From a virus (lineage: Duplodnaviria; Caudoviricetes), in the IMG/VR virus record IMGVR_UViG_3300035499_000522, positions 64,001 through 128,000 of that record: a DNA stretch of 64,000 nucleotides. The stretch is one strand, 5' to 3'. Made by a program: the position numbers and the translations under genes. The notes beneath the pieces are model-generated. The model was not told the DNA's origin and did not search any database. It saw only the letters and a list, made by a program, of their open reading frames with translations. The stretch's first letter is position 1, and each line of letters begins with the position of its first letter. Shown in pieces: positions 33,708 through 49,027 of the stretch.

Positions 33708-36700
33708 TTAAATTCCTCCAAATCCTTCTAATGACATTACTGTACCATCAGGAAAAGTAATAGCAGTTACTTCTTCATCATCTGTATCTTTATTTTCAAC
33801 AGTTAATTTATAAACTCTTTCATCAAATTCTTGTTCTTCTTCTGAACTTGAATCTTCTGTATTTTCATCATCTTCATCCTCAGATTCAGAATTTGTATTA
33901 TCAGTTTTCTTAGTTGTTATTTTCCAATACTCAGTAATAGTATCTTCTTCATCATTAAAAACTATTTTTTCTGGATGTCCATATAGTTCATTAAGCATAG
34001 CTTTAAGGCTATTATTATTTGATACTAATCCAGTCTTTCCAGTAGTATGGTTAGGAGGAAAAATAAAATCTTTACTCTATACCGAAACAGAATCTATCTA
34101 AGTGCAATCTGTTCTAATTTCTATTGTTTTATTAGTTACTGTATTTCCATCTTTATCAGTTACTACATTTCCATTTTCATCCAATTTATCTTCTTCTGTA
34201 GTCTTAGTAGCAGGAAACAATAGATAAGATTTATTGTCATTCTACTAAGGCATTAAAGCCATTCCTATTTTACCATTTGCGGCAAATAATAAAGGTTTGG
34301 TTCCTTTTGATGATAAGGTTAAAGCACCCTAAAAGTTAATATTGTCATATGTATAAATAGTGCTATTATATGTATATATATATCCTTCTAATGTCCATTT
34401 GTTATTTTCTGCATCAACTGCACTATAAAATTTTATCTATCCAGCACCAATTTCAGTTTTTTCAGTAGCAGATTGAGAAATTAAATATCCAGTTGAAGTT
34501 CCAGAAGTAGTACCAATATCACTACCTACTATTCGTCCATCTGCATATAATACTAAACATCCATCTTTTGCTTTAATTCTATCAGATTCAATATACCAGC
34601 CGCCAATAGTACCAGAAGTAGCTGTAATTCTACCTGTTATTTTTAGTTGACCATTTGAATATCTAATAGAGTTTTCATTATCATCTTCGTCTTTGCCTGA
34701 GATAATAAACTATTTCTATGTCATATAGAATGTATTATCTTCATTATCTTCATAATCTATTCTAAAACCGTCACCATTAAACTAAACATATACAGTACCA
34801 GTTTCTGTAGTATCTCTTGTTCTAAAATTTCCATTAATATCAGCACCAGAAGCAGTTAATTTACCTTCTGAATCTACTGTAAAATTACCACTACCAAATT
34901 TAATTTCTGGAGTGCTAAAATCAATCTACATTCCAGAGCCATTAGAACCAGTTTTGTAATTACCTGATTTAATAATAGCTTTATCTTTATTAGGGTCTAT
35001 AATTATCTAATTAGAATTAGCCAAACCAAAAGTAGCAGAACCGTCTTCCGCATTTAAAAAGAAACTTCTTTCTCCATTAGCATAAGCGAATAATCCAACT
35101 TCTTCTGTATAAGAATTACTTTCTTTTACTTCACCCATTACTACGCCAGTAAAAGAATTATCTTCATTTTTTACACCTGCACCAACTTGCGGCGATAGGA
35201 TATATCCTCCCTCTTCGCTAATTTCTACGCTATTTCCATCCCAGCCATTAATATTTGATAAACCATATCTATTTAAATATAAATGTACTGGTATATGAAC
35301 AGTACCTATATAACTATCATTTTGAGATATAATACAAGTTACTGCATTAGAAATTATTTCACCGCTAATTTTACTTATAGGAGTTACCCAACATCTATGA
35401 GGACGCTCTTCGTACTAATCTTCTTCTCTAATAGTAAGACATGGAGAATCTATCCAAGTTTCTTCATCTTCATAGTATCCGCCTACAACGTTCCATTCAT
35501 ATGTACATACATCAGTAATATCTGTATTTTCAGAATTAAATACCTATAATTCAAAAGCCGAAGTGTTATCATAACTAGGGTTTGTTCCATCTGACTGATA
35601 TATAGCATATTTAAAACCACTATAATCTTTAATTTTAATATTATAATTTGTTTTGTCTATTAAAATGGTAGCAATAGGCTCAGTTGCATAATAAGTTTTT
35701 TTATCATGGGTAACAGTTGCTTTAATTATATTTGCTAAATTGTAATTATCATCTGTTTTATTATAGCCAAAAGTATAGGTCAAATCATTTTCTTTATTAA
35801 ATAATAAATCTATATTTGTATCTTCTGTAATTGGAATAGAATCGCCGCTACCATCTCTATAAGAACCGTATTTATTTCTTAAAATTTCCCAACTAAGAGT
35901 AAATCCATCTTCTGATTTTGTACTATCAAAAATTTTTTCACTATTTTCCCATAGCTAAACTCTAAACCATTTATTAAGAACTTGTGGAGTAAAATTTAAT
36001 TTGCCATTTTTTAAAGTTTTATAATAAACAGAAGTATCAAGTTTAGTATTTGGAACTATTCTACATACATAATTTGTACCATTAGTGCCAGATTCTCCAT
36101 CTTTTAAGAAGGTAAAATCAGTAGAAGTTATTAACTCATAATCATTATAAGTAACTTTTAATTCTATGTTATTTCTTTGGCTTTTTATGTTATATCTATC
36201 AGCAATAGAATAACTTAAAGTAGAACCATTAAATATATTTACATCATCTATATAATTATAAGATGAATTTCCTAATCCTTCAAGTAAAGTATTATTTGCA
36301 GGAACATACCAATGGGCGGAAACATTTAGCAAGTCTTTACCTTGAATCATTTTTCCTAAGACGTTATCATATATATAATATGTAAGTTCTTCTAATACCA
36401 TTGGGTTTTCAAATGATTCACTTGTTGGAGCAATACCATTTTCATTATATTTAAATAATTTAGTACCATTTACAATTACTAAATCATATAAATTAAAGCT
36501 TCCATCTTCAAGAGAATTAGTAAGTATTGCGGAAATTGTACCTATAAAGTCTCCCGTATTCTATTCATAAACACTACATTTTAAAGTAATATAATTTACA
36601 ATTTCATTTACTTGTACCTAAGTTTTATTAGGTTCATCTTCTGATACAGCATTTCTATTCTAAAAGTATCCAGTATTATCAAAAGAAGTCCAAATAAATT

Positions 36701-38078
36701 TATAATTATCTGTCTCTTGTAATTCATTTGAAAAATATAAATTACAAGTAATAATTGGCTCTCCCTCATCAAGAGTAAAATCAAAACCAGAATCAGATAT
36801 TAATTCAAGTTTATATTCAGCATCAAAATTCTTTATTAAAACAGTAGAAGAAATAATATTACCGTCATATAACGCTACACATTTATAAGTTTTTTCTTCT
36901 GTTTTTACATCAGTTCTTTTTACTGTATATTGACTTTTTGCTCCTAACCATTCTCTTACAGGCTTACCAATAACATTGCCTTCTTCATCATATTCTGCGG
37001 CAATAGTTTTAAAAGAGTTAAGACATTTCCATCCAGACCCGCCATAGGAACAATAATCTATACTACTTGTAGTAATATTACCCTATTCTTCAAACCAATA
37101 GAAAGAAAGCTTTTGAGAATTTTCATCAACAACTTTTCCTTTAACTTTAACTTCTGCCTTTAATATCTTATCTTGAATTGCGGAAGGTGCTTTAAAATAC
37201 GCACCCCTAGGTGTCGAGATGCTTACACAATAAGAATCCAATTCTTCATCAGTTAAATGATTTGCCGCATATAATTTAAATCCCTTAATAAGAATATCAT
37301 TATCATAATCTTGCCCCGCTTCTCTATCATTGGGGAAATCTTTTATAAATAACTAAATTGTTTCTAAAGAAACAAAATTCTATCCGTCTATTTCAAAAAA
37401 GCAAAGTTGTTCTGTATCTGAAATTAATTTATATGGATTACCTGTAATTTTATCTGCATCTATTACATAGTATCTAATTATTTCATTTTCATTACTATCT
37501 AAAAATTTTAATCCAAATATAACACCATAGTTACCATAACTCTACTACTCTTGCGGCAATTGCGTCCTAAAGGTAGCTCCGCACATTAGATAGTTAGCAT
37601 TTTTAAGATAAAATTCCAATCCTATTGTATCTACTGATAAAAGATTATTATCTGAATTTTTATTATATATTGTTATAGTATTTTTATTTTCATTATTAGA
37701 ATCATAAGAACAAAAATTATATTCTAAATCTGCTTCTATACAATTGCTTCCATAAAAATTATATGTATCAGCACCAGTTACTGTACTTATGTAATTAGTA
37801 CCTAATTTTTTAGTAGTGCCTAAAATAGTTTTATCTCTTGACATATCATTATTAGGTATAAGCACATATACGCTTGACCCATCTGAATATGTCGTTTCCG
37901 CATTATTAGAATAGGCATAAAAAGAACTATCCTAATATTTTACCTTATATTTTCCAATAGTTTGGTCTATACAGCTAACAATAGTCGCCTGAATAGTCCT
38001 ATCAAAATCTGCTTGCGAAATAGCCTATTGTACGATAATATCAATAGCACTACAAATATTATCTTCAATACTATTCAT
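33708..38078 (-). CDS. large tail spike/central fibre protein (~1,456 aa)
   Basis: Four track fragments are in one frame; 'INGWDGNS', 'SFTGVVMG', 'ITATSGTIGGWYI' beta-helix-like repeats; follows the tape measure. Confidence 0.65.
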
Positions 38079-38150
38079 ATACAGACCTCCTTTTTCCTCT
38101 TTTAAATATAATTAATTTTTTTAATTTGATATTAACTGTATCTACCCAAA

Positions 38151-38186
38151 TAAAAAAGAGGGACTCACCTAAGTGAATCCCTCTAA
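38151..38186 (-). terminator. intrinsic terminator after the tape measure gene
   Basis: AGAGGGACTCAC-CTAA-GTGAATCCCTCT hairpin with an A-run on +. Confidence 0.65.
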
Positions 38187-38189
38187 GTA

Positions 38190-41100
38190 TTATCTCTTTG
38201 TATTAAAAGCGTATTGACTTGCACGGTTAATTAAGTTATTAAATGCGTCTTGAATTTCATTAGAATTAGTTACATTTGGGAATGTAGCTTCTATTTTAAC
38301 ATTTTGGTCTACCGCAGAAGAACTTGTGCTTGTGTCTCCAACATTATAATTACTTATAGAACTTAAAGCGTTAAGCATCTAAGAGCCTAAAATACTCTAT
38401 AATGCTGACATTACTGAACCCATATCTCTAACAGTATTAACTGCACTTAAAATATTAGCTGTATCAGCTTTATTAAGAACTAATTCTTTTTCATGAAGCA
38501 TTGCCATTTTGCCATTGGTACTATTCCAATCACCAGTATATCCACCAGTATCATAAGATTCAATTGCACTAACTCCTACATCGTTTTTCTGAACATACCA
38601 TGTCATAGAGTCATTATCCTATATACCTTTTACTTTATACCAAACGTCCCCGTCAGCATCCATAGTTACTTTTGATAAAACATCTCTATATTTAGTAACT
38701 TTGGCTTTAACTCTATCTTTTGTAGTACCATCTTTTTTAACAGTTTTATAACCAATAACGCCTTCTGTTACTTTAACTCTATATTTTTTAGTATCGCTAG
38801 AAGAATCATCAGAATCAGAACTAGAGCTTCCTGAAGAACTACCACCAGAAGTACTTCCAGACGTAGTAGAGGATGATGTATTATCTTCTGCATTAGTAGC
38901 ACCTGCATTAGCAGATTCCATAGCTGTTGCCGCACTTACTGCTGCGTCTGCTAACTAATTATAATAATCTGCCGTGTTCTTTAACTATTCAATTAAAGTT
39001 GCTAAAGACTTTGCCTATTCTTCATAAGTATTGATTAAATCTTCGTTAATATCAATTAATTTCTAAGTTTCTTCAATAGTTGGGTCAATACCGTCATCAA
39101 CAATAGAATCAAAGTCAACTCCTGCCGCATCTTCCAAATCAGATAAAGACTTCTTATAATCGTCAGTTGCAAGACCTAAATCTTCCAATGCCTTTTTACA
39201 CATTTCCGCCAATCCATCAGAACCAGCAAAAATATCAATCATTTCTTGAACTCCACTATCCCATTGAGGAATCATATCATTCATTAAAATATTCTTTTCA
39301 GCATCAGATAAATTCTAAAAATTCTAAATATCAGTATCATAAAGTGATGCTAACATATCAAAAGTAGAAGATTGCAGATTCTGTCTAATAGTTTCGTTAT
39401 CCGCAACTAAATTATTAATTAAATTACCATACTAAGTTATTAATAACGCTTTCTATTTTTCTCTTTCTTCATCTGATAAAGTAGTATCTGAATAAAGTTC
39501 TTTTAATTTATCTTCAAATTCTTGGTATAAATCATAAATATCATTTAAATTTTCTTTGTATTTATCTTTATCAAGATTATAAAGATTATTCTAAGCTTCT
39601 AATAATTCATTCTAAGCATCACTAATCTTATCTTCATCTGCAACATATTGATAAGTATAATTACCCTATGAATCTCGACGTAAACGCATCTGAGATTTAT
39701 TCTATTGAGCCTCTTCAAGAGCAATCTGCTTAAGAGCTATTTCATACATCATATTGGCTCTATCAACATCATACTAACTAACATTTTCTTTTTCTTTAAG
39801 AATATCAAGCTATTCATTCATTACATCAGTTAATTTTTGCTGAGCCTTTAAATCAGTAGTATTGTTAATAGATTCCAAAAACTTATTTTGTAAAGTCTGA
39901 ATCTCATACATTGCATCAATTTTGTCAAGATACTAATCTGCATTTTTATTAATTAAATCCCATTCATCGCCTATATATTCAAGTCCTAATCCATTAGTTA
40001 CTTTATCTTCTAACTCTTGGAATATCTCCTCAATAGCATTTTGATATTTATCTATCAAAGTTTGAATAGATTCTTCAAGCAAAGAATTTAATTCATCTTG
40101 AGCACTTGTATAATTTTCTTTATACTTTTCCCATGCGTCAGAACCTACTTCAACAGAAGCCATTTTAGATTTCCAATATTCCATTTGCTCTTTAAGGAAT
40201 GCGGCTTGTGCGTTATTATTTTTCTCTTGCTGTTCATAATATGTAGCTAATTCTTTATAAGAATCATCGCCTTTAAGAAGTTTAACTAAATTCATATCAT
40301 GCTCAATTATATCGTTGATTCTTTGATACTGACTAAGCTAATCAGAAAGTTTATCAGCAATTTTGTCAATCATAGAATCATATGCATCTTCCGCAGATTC
40401 TACTAAGTCTTGAAGTGCTTCTGCCTAACTCATCATTTCTTCACGATATTTAGTTAAATCTGAAAGTGCAGATTCTATATCCTTACCATATAGACTTGAA
40501 GTACCAGTAGCATTAATCTGGTTAATCTAATCCATAATGGTATACAGATGACTAGAAAGTGCGGAAATGGAATCATAATAAGTATAAGCATCGCTTATCT
40601 AACCTACAATAGTTCCATATATATCTTCGTCTCTTAATCCCTCAAATGCATGGCGTCTCCACTCATTCCATTCTCTTTCGGCATCATTAAGATTAAGTCT
40701 AACATCAATTTCCGCATTGAATTTAGCTACTAATTTATCTAAAGCTTCTTGTGCGGCATCCTTAATATCTTGCTCCAAATCTGCTTTATCAAATTGTAAA
40801 TCTAAAATTGAAGAATCTATATCAGTAATTTGGCTAATAAAATCATTATATTCTTCAATATATTTTTCAAGAGCCTCAACTTTTTCTTCAGCAAGTCCTG
40901 CGGAAGCTGCTTGCATTACTATTTCCGCAGCATTTATAATTAAACCTTCTTCATTTAATTTAATAATACTGCTATCAATACCAAATTCCGTCATAGAGTT
41001 CTTTAAGCCTTGAAGGTCTAAAGCTGCTTGTTCTTTAGCTAATTTCTTTTTCTTTTCATAGGCGGCAATCTCCTAATCAATTAAAGCTTGCTATTGCTTT

Positions 41101-44100
41101 AAATTAGCGATTAAGTTATTACCAGTAAGTTTACTTGACGCTTTTGATAAATTACTAATTTTTCTGGATATTGAATCAATTTCCGCATCTACTTCATCAA
41201 ACAAATGCTCTTTCTTAAAGGCTTTTGCTAAATCCATGCTGTCTAATTTATCTTTTGTTTCATCAAGACTATCATTAACATCTTCAATACTACTATCAGT
41301 TTCAACAATATTTTTCTTTGCTTGAGGAATATCAGTATATACTAAATTATTAACTTCATCAATAATCCATTTAACTTTTTGGTAAGTTTCAGAATCTATA
41401 CCTAATTCTTCTGCTTCTGCCGCATTTTTAAATGTACCATCATCATTTCTTAATTTACTATAGACATCTTCACCAAGTTGGTCTTTAAGTTTATTATCAT
41501 ACCAAGTCTATTGTTTCTGTAAAGATGTTAATCTATTGTTCTATAATTCTTTCTATTCTTCTAAAAGTTCTTTCTACTTTTCTAATGACTCAATTGATTT
41601 TTCTTCAAGTTCTTGTCTTTTATTTAAAAGTTCAACTATCTCTGCCGAATCTGATGTAATATCTAAATCATCAATCTTTTTATCAATTCTATCAATTTCT
41701 CTATTGTAATTATCAAGTTCTTCATTTACAACTTCAAGGTCATTAGAAACTTGCTATAATTGATTATCTAATTTCTCAAGCGGTTGCGTGAAATTTTTAT
41801 CAACTTCAGCTTCTATAATAGCTTTGTTATATTCGTCTATATCTTTAGTATATTCTATCATATCAGAAGATAAACTTCTTATAGAATCCTAAGTTTCATT
41901 ATAAGTATCTAAATTATCTTCTATTACTTCTTTTTGTTCACGCATAGCTTCTAATCTTGCTTTTTGTGCTTGAGCTTCTGCTGAATCTTCATTATTTTTA
42001 TATTTTTCCTAATAGTCTTTAAGAACAGCATTATATTCATCATCAAGCTTCTATTTTACATCAGTAAGATTAGTAATATTTCCATCTTCGTCAAAAATAA
42101 TACCGAGGTTTTCTTCTTCACCCTAAAGACCATATGTAGTATTTTCAAGTTCTTTCTAATAAGTACCTTGGTCTTGTTTCATTGCGTCTAATCTCTTTTG
42201 AGTAGCTTCCGCAATTTCCTCAGTTAATTCTTTTTGCTTTTGAAGATTTTCTATCAAGTCATCGCCAAATAAATTTTCTTGCTAAGCTTGTAAATCAGAA
42301 AGTTTATCCTTTAATATATCAATAGCAGTGTCTAAAGTTTCAAGAGGTTTAGTAAACTTTTCTTCTATTTCGGCATCTTTTATTGCTTTATCAAGTTCTT
42401 TTTGCTATTTATTATAGTCATTTACGCTAGAAGTTAGGCTTCTTAATGAAGTATTAGTTTTAGTATAGGTATCTATTCTATCATCTAATGCATCATTTGC
42501 GTCCTTCATATTGCTGAGATTTTCTTTTCCAGCTGTGGTAGGATTAGCATTATATGCTTCAACTGCTTTATTATACTCATCTTGTTTTTGTTGCTTGATT
42601 TCCGCAGCATTAGTAATATTACCTTCGCTATCAAAAGTAACTCCCTAATTTTTAAGATACGCTTGTTCAGTTTTTTGACCTGCGGTCATGGCACTTATTT
42701 CTTTTTGAGTAGCTTTCGTGATTTCTTCAATAGCTTCTTTTTGTTGTTTAAGATTATCTATTAATTCATCACCAAATAAATCATCTTGTGCATCTTGTAA
42801 ATCAGAAAGCTTGTCTTTTAATACATCAATTGCATTATCTAAATCTTCGTATTTATCAATTACAGATTGGTCTAAATCAACAGAACTTGTAGAAGAAGAT
42901 GATGAGCTTGCATTACTTGCGTTATAAGCGGCAGAACCTGAATTTGTTTTATTAATAGTTTCGTATTTATAATCTACTATTTTATCTGAATATACAACAT
43001 TACCATTTCCGTCTACACCAGTAGCCACTTTAGCAGTTATAGCTGTTCTTTTTATACCTAAACTAGATAATACTTTTTCTACATCTTCGCTAGCTACAAC
43101 TCCAGCTTTAGCCAAAAGCTAAAGTAAGTCAGCAATTCCTTCTAGGTTTCCAGTATCTGGATTAATTCTTAAAGTACCTTCTAATATTAAATTTTTATAC
43201 TATTCTATAAGGGCTTTTGTTTTAGTTTGTGCGTCATCATCATCAATACCTAAAGTTAAGAAAACTTCTGCATTTTTTACATAATCAGCAAAATAATTAA
43301 ATTTATCTTGAAGCTTATCAATTGCTTCTCCGTCACCTTCAACAAGAGAATCAATTAATTCTTGGTTATCAATAACAAACTAATCAGTAATATTATCAAC
43401 AGAAGTACCTAAAATATCTGCGAGGGCTTCCTTAGTGCCCTACATAGCCTCAGCATATCCAGATGAGCCTGCACCAGCCGCCAAGTCTACCTTGTATGTA
43501 CTCCAAGATGAAGAAAGAGTTTTAATACTACTATTCATCTTGATATTAGCTAAAGCTAAATCCTCAGCCGCCTACTTATTATTCTTTAAGCTATCATTAG
43601 TAGCTTGTAAGCTTTCTACATAACTATCAAAAGTATCTTTATCATAGCCAAGAGAAGTCAAATCAAGATTTAAAGCATAATCATACCATTCATTATATTC
43701 ATCTTCCGTAATCTAGCCTGAAAGATACTTCTAACGTAAATCCGCTAATTCTTTAACGCCATTAATTATTTCTGTATTATGTACTTGCTATAACTATTCA
43801 TCTTTATTATTATAATCTTCTTGTTTTTGAAGTGCGGTATTATATACACTTTGTATATAGTCTTCTGCTGTTTTAACTTTGCTTTCGAGGTCTTCAAGTT
43901 CTTCTTTTTCACTTTCAGTTAATTCTTCAGAAGATGATTTCAAACTTAAATAAGTGTATCTACCAATATTGTTTACAAGTTCTTCTACCTAAGACTAATA
44001 AAATTCTATATTCGTACCAAGACTTTCAAAATCTTCTGCACTTAATTTATCTAATTCTGCTTTTACTTTTCCTATACTAGAAGTATCTACATCAAAATTA

Positions 44101-47100
44101 AAGCCTTCTTGTTTTAAGCTACCTAATAATTCTTTAGTTTCTTCGACTTTATCATCAACGTTATCAAAAAGTTTAAGAATTTTATCTGTTAAATCCTCAG
44201 TACCTATGTACATCCATTTGCCATCAGCTAATTGTTTAAACTAATCTTGAAGTTCAGGAGCACTTTCAATTAAGGTTTGATAATCTTCATCTTTAATTTC
44301 ACTACCAGTTTTTATACCAGATGCAGCGGTGTATGCAGCGTTTGCCTTTTCTACAGTTTCTGAAATTGTTAAACTTTTATTAACAGCGTTGCTTATTGTT
44401 TCATAATAATCTTGCCAAGCTTTAGTATTCTTTTCAACTTCAATGCCTTGCTCTTCTAATACTGTTTTAAACTATTCCCAAGTACTGAAACCAAAATCAA
44501 AATCAGCAATAGCAGAAAGATTTTCTTCTGTTAAATCTCCTAAATTGTTAAGTACCTTTGTAGCAGAATCTAAACCAGCCTAGCCGCCAAACTAAAAAGC
44601 ATTTGTAAGAATATCGGCAATTTGCTCTCTCATATTAAGAGAAGTATCGTCTAAATTCAAATTGTTTAATGCAGTTTTAACAGCAGGAGTAAGTGAATTT
44701 TTAAAAGCAGTTTCAAATATTTCTTGTTGTGAAACGCTATTGTTTACTGCATACATATAGGCTTCAGCAGTTTCAAATCCTAAAGACTTTGCTTCATCAA
44801 GTAAACTTGCTTTTTCTTCATCAGAACCTTTAAGCAAAGTTTCCTGCATTTCTTTCTATATCTCTTTAAAATCGTTAAGTTCGCCCTGTGTTAAAGAACT
44901 TAAATCTACTCCGCTTTTTCCTCCAGCAAAATCTACTAAATTTTCATTCTTCTCATATATAGTATTAAGGTCTTCAATTATTTTTGCATAATTGCCTTCA
45001 GCATTTTCTGATAACTTTTTAATAGCTTCTTGATTAGCAAGAATTCTAGCCATAGCTTCATCAGAAACGTTCTCTTCACTATACATTTCTGTTTCGCCAG
45101 TTTTGTTGTTAATTATTTTAAAGTTGGAGCCACCAGTCTAGGTTCCTCCGCCGCCTTCTTTAACTGTATAATCACTACCATATAAATCTTGCAAATAATC
45201 AGCAAAAGCATCATGTACTGCATCATCATCGCCTTTATCATATCCAAGATATTTAAGATAATCATCATAACTATCGCCTATTTCATCAAGCTATTTTTGT
45301 ACTGAATCTCCAAGCATTGTGCTAACAGCTTCATTATAACTATCAGATTTAGTTTTATCTTCTGTATAGTCATAAATTTCGTTAGCCATTTCCTAAGCAT
45401 ATACAGATTGAGATTCTTCTAAATTGTCTATAGAAGCAATTAAATCACTATTACTATTAACTAATTCAGCAATAGCTTCTGTAAGGGTACTTGTTTCTAT
45501 TGTATAACCATTAATAGTATTTTCTTTTTTAGATAAATCTATTCCTAACTAATCATATAACGTACTATAACCATCTTTTGCTGACGATATTAAAATTTCT
45601 TTAAGATTAGAAGGTAAAATATCCGTTAAATAATTACTAGATAGTGTTCCTGATATATCAGTAGTCTAAACAGATATATTTGATTTATTTAAACTATTTT
45701 GTAATTCTTTATTAGCTGATTCAATACTATAACCTTTATTTACATAGGCAGATGAATAGGTATTTAGCTATGCAGTAGAAACTTTTTTCTACTAAGCTTC
45801 TAATAAAGCTTCCTAACCTTCTTCACTAATAGTTAATACGCCATTCTAATTAGAAACATACTTAGCTAATTCAGGATAATTTTCTATTAAATCTAAAACT
45901 TGTTCATTTAATTCGGTAACCTATTCTTTCCATTCTTCTGTACCTTTTGTTAAATCTTCAATAGCAGAATAAGCTTCATTATAATCTTCTAAGCTTTCTT
46001 TTAATTCTTCATATTCTGATTTTATTTCTTTTAATATTTCAGCATTTGTATTATAAATTGTATTAGCAGATTTAACAGCTTCTTCAAACCGCTTTGAAGC
46101 TTTGTAAGCAACATAAATAGCCGCAGAGACAGCAGCTATACCAATTACTACACCACCTGCAATTGTAGCAATTGCTCCTAAAGATGTACCTGCAGCAGCC
46201 GCACTTGCTTTTAACGAAGTAAGAGCTGCATTTATAGAAGTTATACCAGAAGTAGTAGTTCTACTTGCCTATGATACTACTTCAGTTCCAGACTCAATGG
46301 CATTAGCAGCAGATTGTTCACCCGTAGCTGCCGCTTCAGTTGTTTCTGCAGCTGCTAACTAGGTAGCTGCATTTCTACTTCTATCCATGGCTGCCGCATT
46401 AGCATTTTCTACTACCGTACCAGTTACATTAGTTGTATTTTGTTTATTTTTCTCTTCAATTGCTACTTCTATAGATGCCGCAAAAGCTATAATGTCTTTT
46501 TTCGCTTTAAGTATATTGGCAGTAAAAGCAGATGCATTACCGCTTATTGACAAAATTGTTTTTCCAAGTTTTTGCCAACCACTAAGAGAATTATCACTCC
46601 ATATATCCTTCATATTTGAAACTAAATTTGTAACAGAAGTAGCCATTCCAATTAATTCAGTGGTTATACCAACAACAGATTGTGTCATCTACTTAGTAAC
46701 CTAATCATCTGTTGATTTCTATATACTTTCTTTTATCTAATCAAATTCATTTTTTGCTTTAACAGCATTTTGGTTTAAATTTGGTAAATCTGTTTCTGAT
46801 ACTTCTTGCATATTTACGCCTAACTATTTTAAAGTATCGTTAAAATTTTTAAATGCTGTATCAATTGAGTTAGTATTTCCTTCAGAATTAAGTAAAGCTT
46901 CATTTAAAGTAGTGAAAGCGTTTTCAATTTCATTGGTTACGCCATTTGAAAGATTAGCTTTTAAATCATCAAAATTTATTGCCTATTTAAGCTAATTATC
47001 TAATTCATTAACGTATTCATTAATATCTCCACTAGCAGAAAAATCGTCAAAAGCATTCAACCATTCGTTAAAATCTTCATTTGTATTTATAAATTCTTCT

Positions 47101-47822
47101 AATGGTTCAATAGCAACGTTATAAGCAGAAGATATATATTCTAACTATGCTAAATAATCAGTTGAACTACTAATTATCTAATCAAAAGTTATATCTTGAT
47201 TATCTAAAGCTTTTTTATAAGTTTCTACTACCTAATTTACTTCTTCCTACGATGTGGCATAAGCACTCATCTTACTATTAAGTTCATCCATTCTCTTGCC
47301 AAATTCATTAATTTCAGAAGTAGACATAGAACTACTAAGTTTAACAAGAACATCTTCTTCTTGCTACAAGAAAGCTAAAGTATTGGGGTCAGTAGAACCA
47401 GCTTCCTAAAACTATCTTAATCCTTCTAGTTTTTGCTACATAGTCGCAACATTCTAATTTGCGGCATCTATATTGTTAGTAATACGAACTACTTCATTGG
47501 CAATATCTTCACTAAACATATTAGCAAGAAGTGGTGCGGCAACCTATAAGATGCCTAAACCGCCGCCCATGGAATCAACAAAGGATTCAATTCCAGTTAC
47601 TATTGTAGTTAAGCCGTCAGCTACTGTATTAATTGTATCTGCATCTAAAAGAGAATCAAATACACCTTCTGATGCAGTCTCTAATTGCTGTAAATGTGCG
47701 GCAGTAGATTCCATATAGATATCTTGCTGTTCTTGTAATGTACCTTGAGCATTATTAGCTACCTCTAAAGTGTCTACATACGAATCCCAGTTATCGAACA
47801 AAGCAATGAGGTTATTATATTG
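38190..47822 (-). CDS. tape measure protein, exon 2 (~3,210 aa)
   Basis: Twelve minus-strand track fragments all share one frame; Ala-rich and coiled-coil composition; C-terminal 'YDTGGYTGDW..MLHEKELVLN'. Confidence 0.85.
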
Positions 47823-49027
47823 CATACCACACTATCTTTCGATAGCCATTTAATTGTTGTGGTCTGGACTATACCATACTCTTTTACGAGGAGTTATTAT
47901 AGTCTCTGAGCGTCTCTCTTAGTTAAGATATCTCCAATTAAAACCATGACTAGTACCTTCTCTAGAGCAAGCACCAGATATTAAACTCTAATTAATTTGA
48001 GTTTCTCTACTTGCTTCATTAGCTGAACGATATATTTTTATTAAATTCATATTTAAATCATACTAACCTACTTGTTTAGCTTTAGAATTGGTTTTTGTTA
48101 CATAATAACTATGTTTAACATTTTCACTTTGAGAAATTAATTCTAAATTATCTAAACGATTATTCTATTTATTGCCATCAATATGGTTAATAATCTAAGT
48201 TCTATCATCTAAATCAAAATCTTCATTAAAAACTTTGTATACAAGTCTATGTCCTAAATAAGTTTTTCTTTTGTTTTCAATCATTAATTCATATCGAACA
48301 TAATCTGTATTTCTCTTTCCTGTTAAAATTCTATTAGTTCTAATATTTCTTACTCTTCCCATATTAGAAACATAGTACTAAGGATTCGATAATAAAGGCT
48401 TCCAAATTTCATTTTCTAAATCCCCAGTGTAAGGAATAATAGTTAAAGTTTTTTTAGATTTTAATCCAGTTTCAATGGCATGAATCACATTTTCTGATTG
48501 AGTACACCATTCAAGATTATCTACATTATTGTTTAATTTATTACCGTCTTTGTGATTAACAATATTTTTGCTTTCATCATGCTCTGGTAAGAAATATTCA
48601 GCTACTAATCTATGTGCCCTAAAAGATTTTAATTTTCCATTAAGTCGTAAACCATAATCTAGATAACCACTATCAGATATTCTACCTTTATACCATTTAT
48701 CAGTTTTTTTATTATATAATCTTCCAAAAGAAGAAATATAATAAGTAGTAGGCTCATTCTCATAATAAATTTGTTTTAATTGTTCTTCCATTGAGGTAAT
48801 TCTCCTTTATTTTTTTATTTTCAATATAATTACAAAATTACCACAATGTCATTATCTTATTTTGTCCTAAGAAATTTCGTTGCGTCTGGTTACCCAATCC
48901 TTAGCGATGTTACCATACCTTGGTCGCTAACCTCGCCGCTATTATATCACTATAATAGTTTGGTTGCTAAGGCTCTAAGGGCTTTCCCGCAGTTTAAACT
49001 CTTTTACACGCGCCACCAAATAGCTAG
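47823..49027 (-). mobile_element. group I intron in the tape measure gene
   Basis: P1 CACGCGU/GCGCGUG with U.G; core 'AACTGCGGGAA', 'CTCAGAGACTATA'...'TATAGTCC'; terminal G; splicing restores MAGTR|QYNNLIALFDNW. Confidence 0.9.
47919..48791 (-). CDS. intron-encoded HNH homing endonuclease (two NUMOD4/HNH-like units + NUMOD1-like HTH; ~5 TAG)
   Basis: 'HRLVAEYF..VNHKDGNKLNNNVDNLEW' and 'HRLVYKVF..INHIDGNK(Q)NNRLDNLEL'; 'VG(Q)YDL'. Confidence 0.85.
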
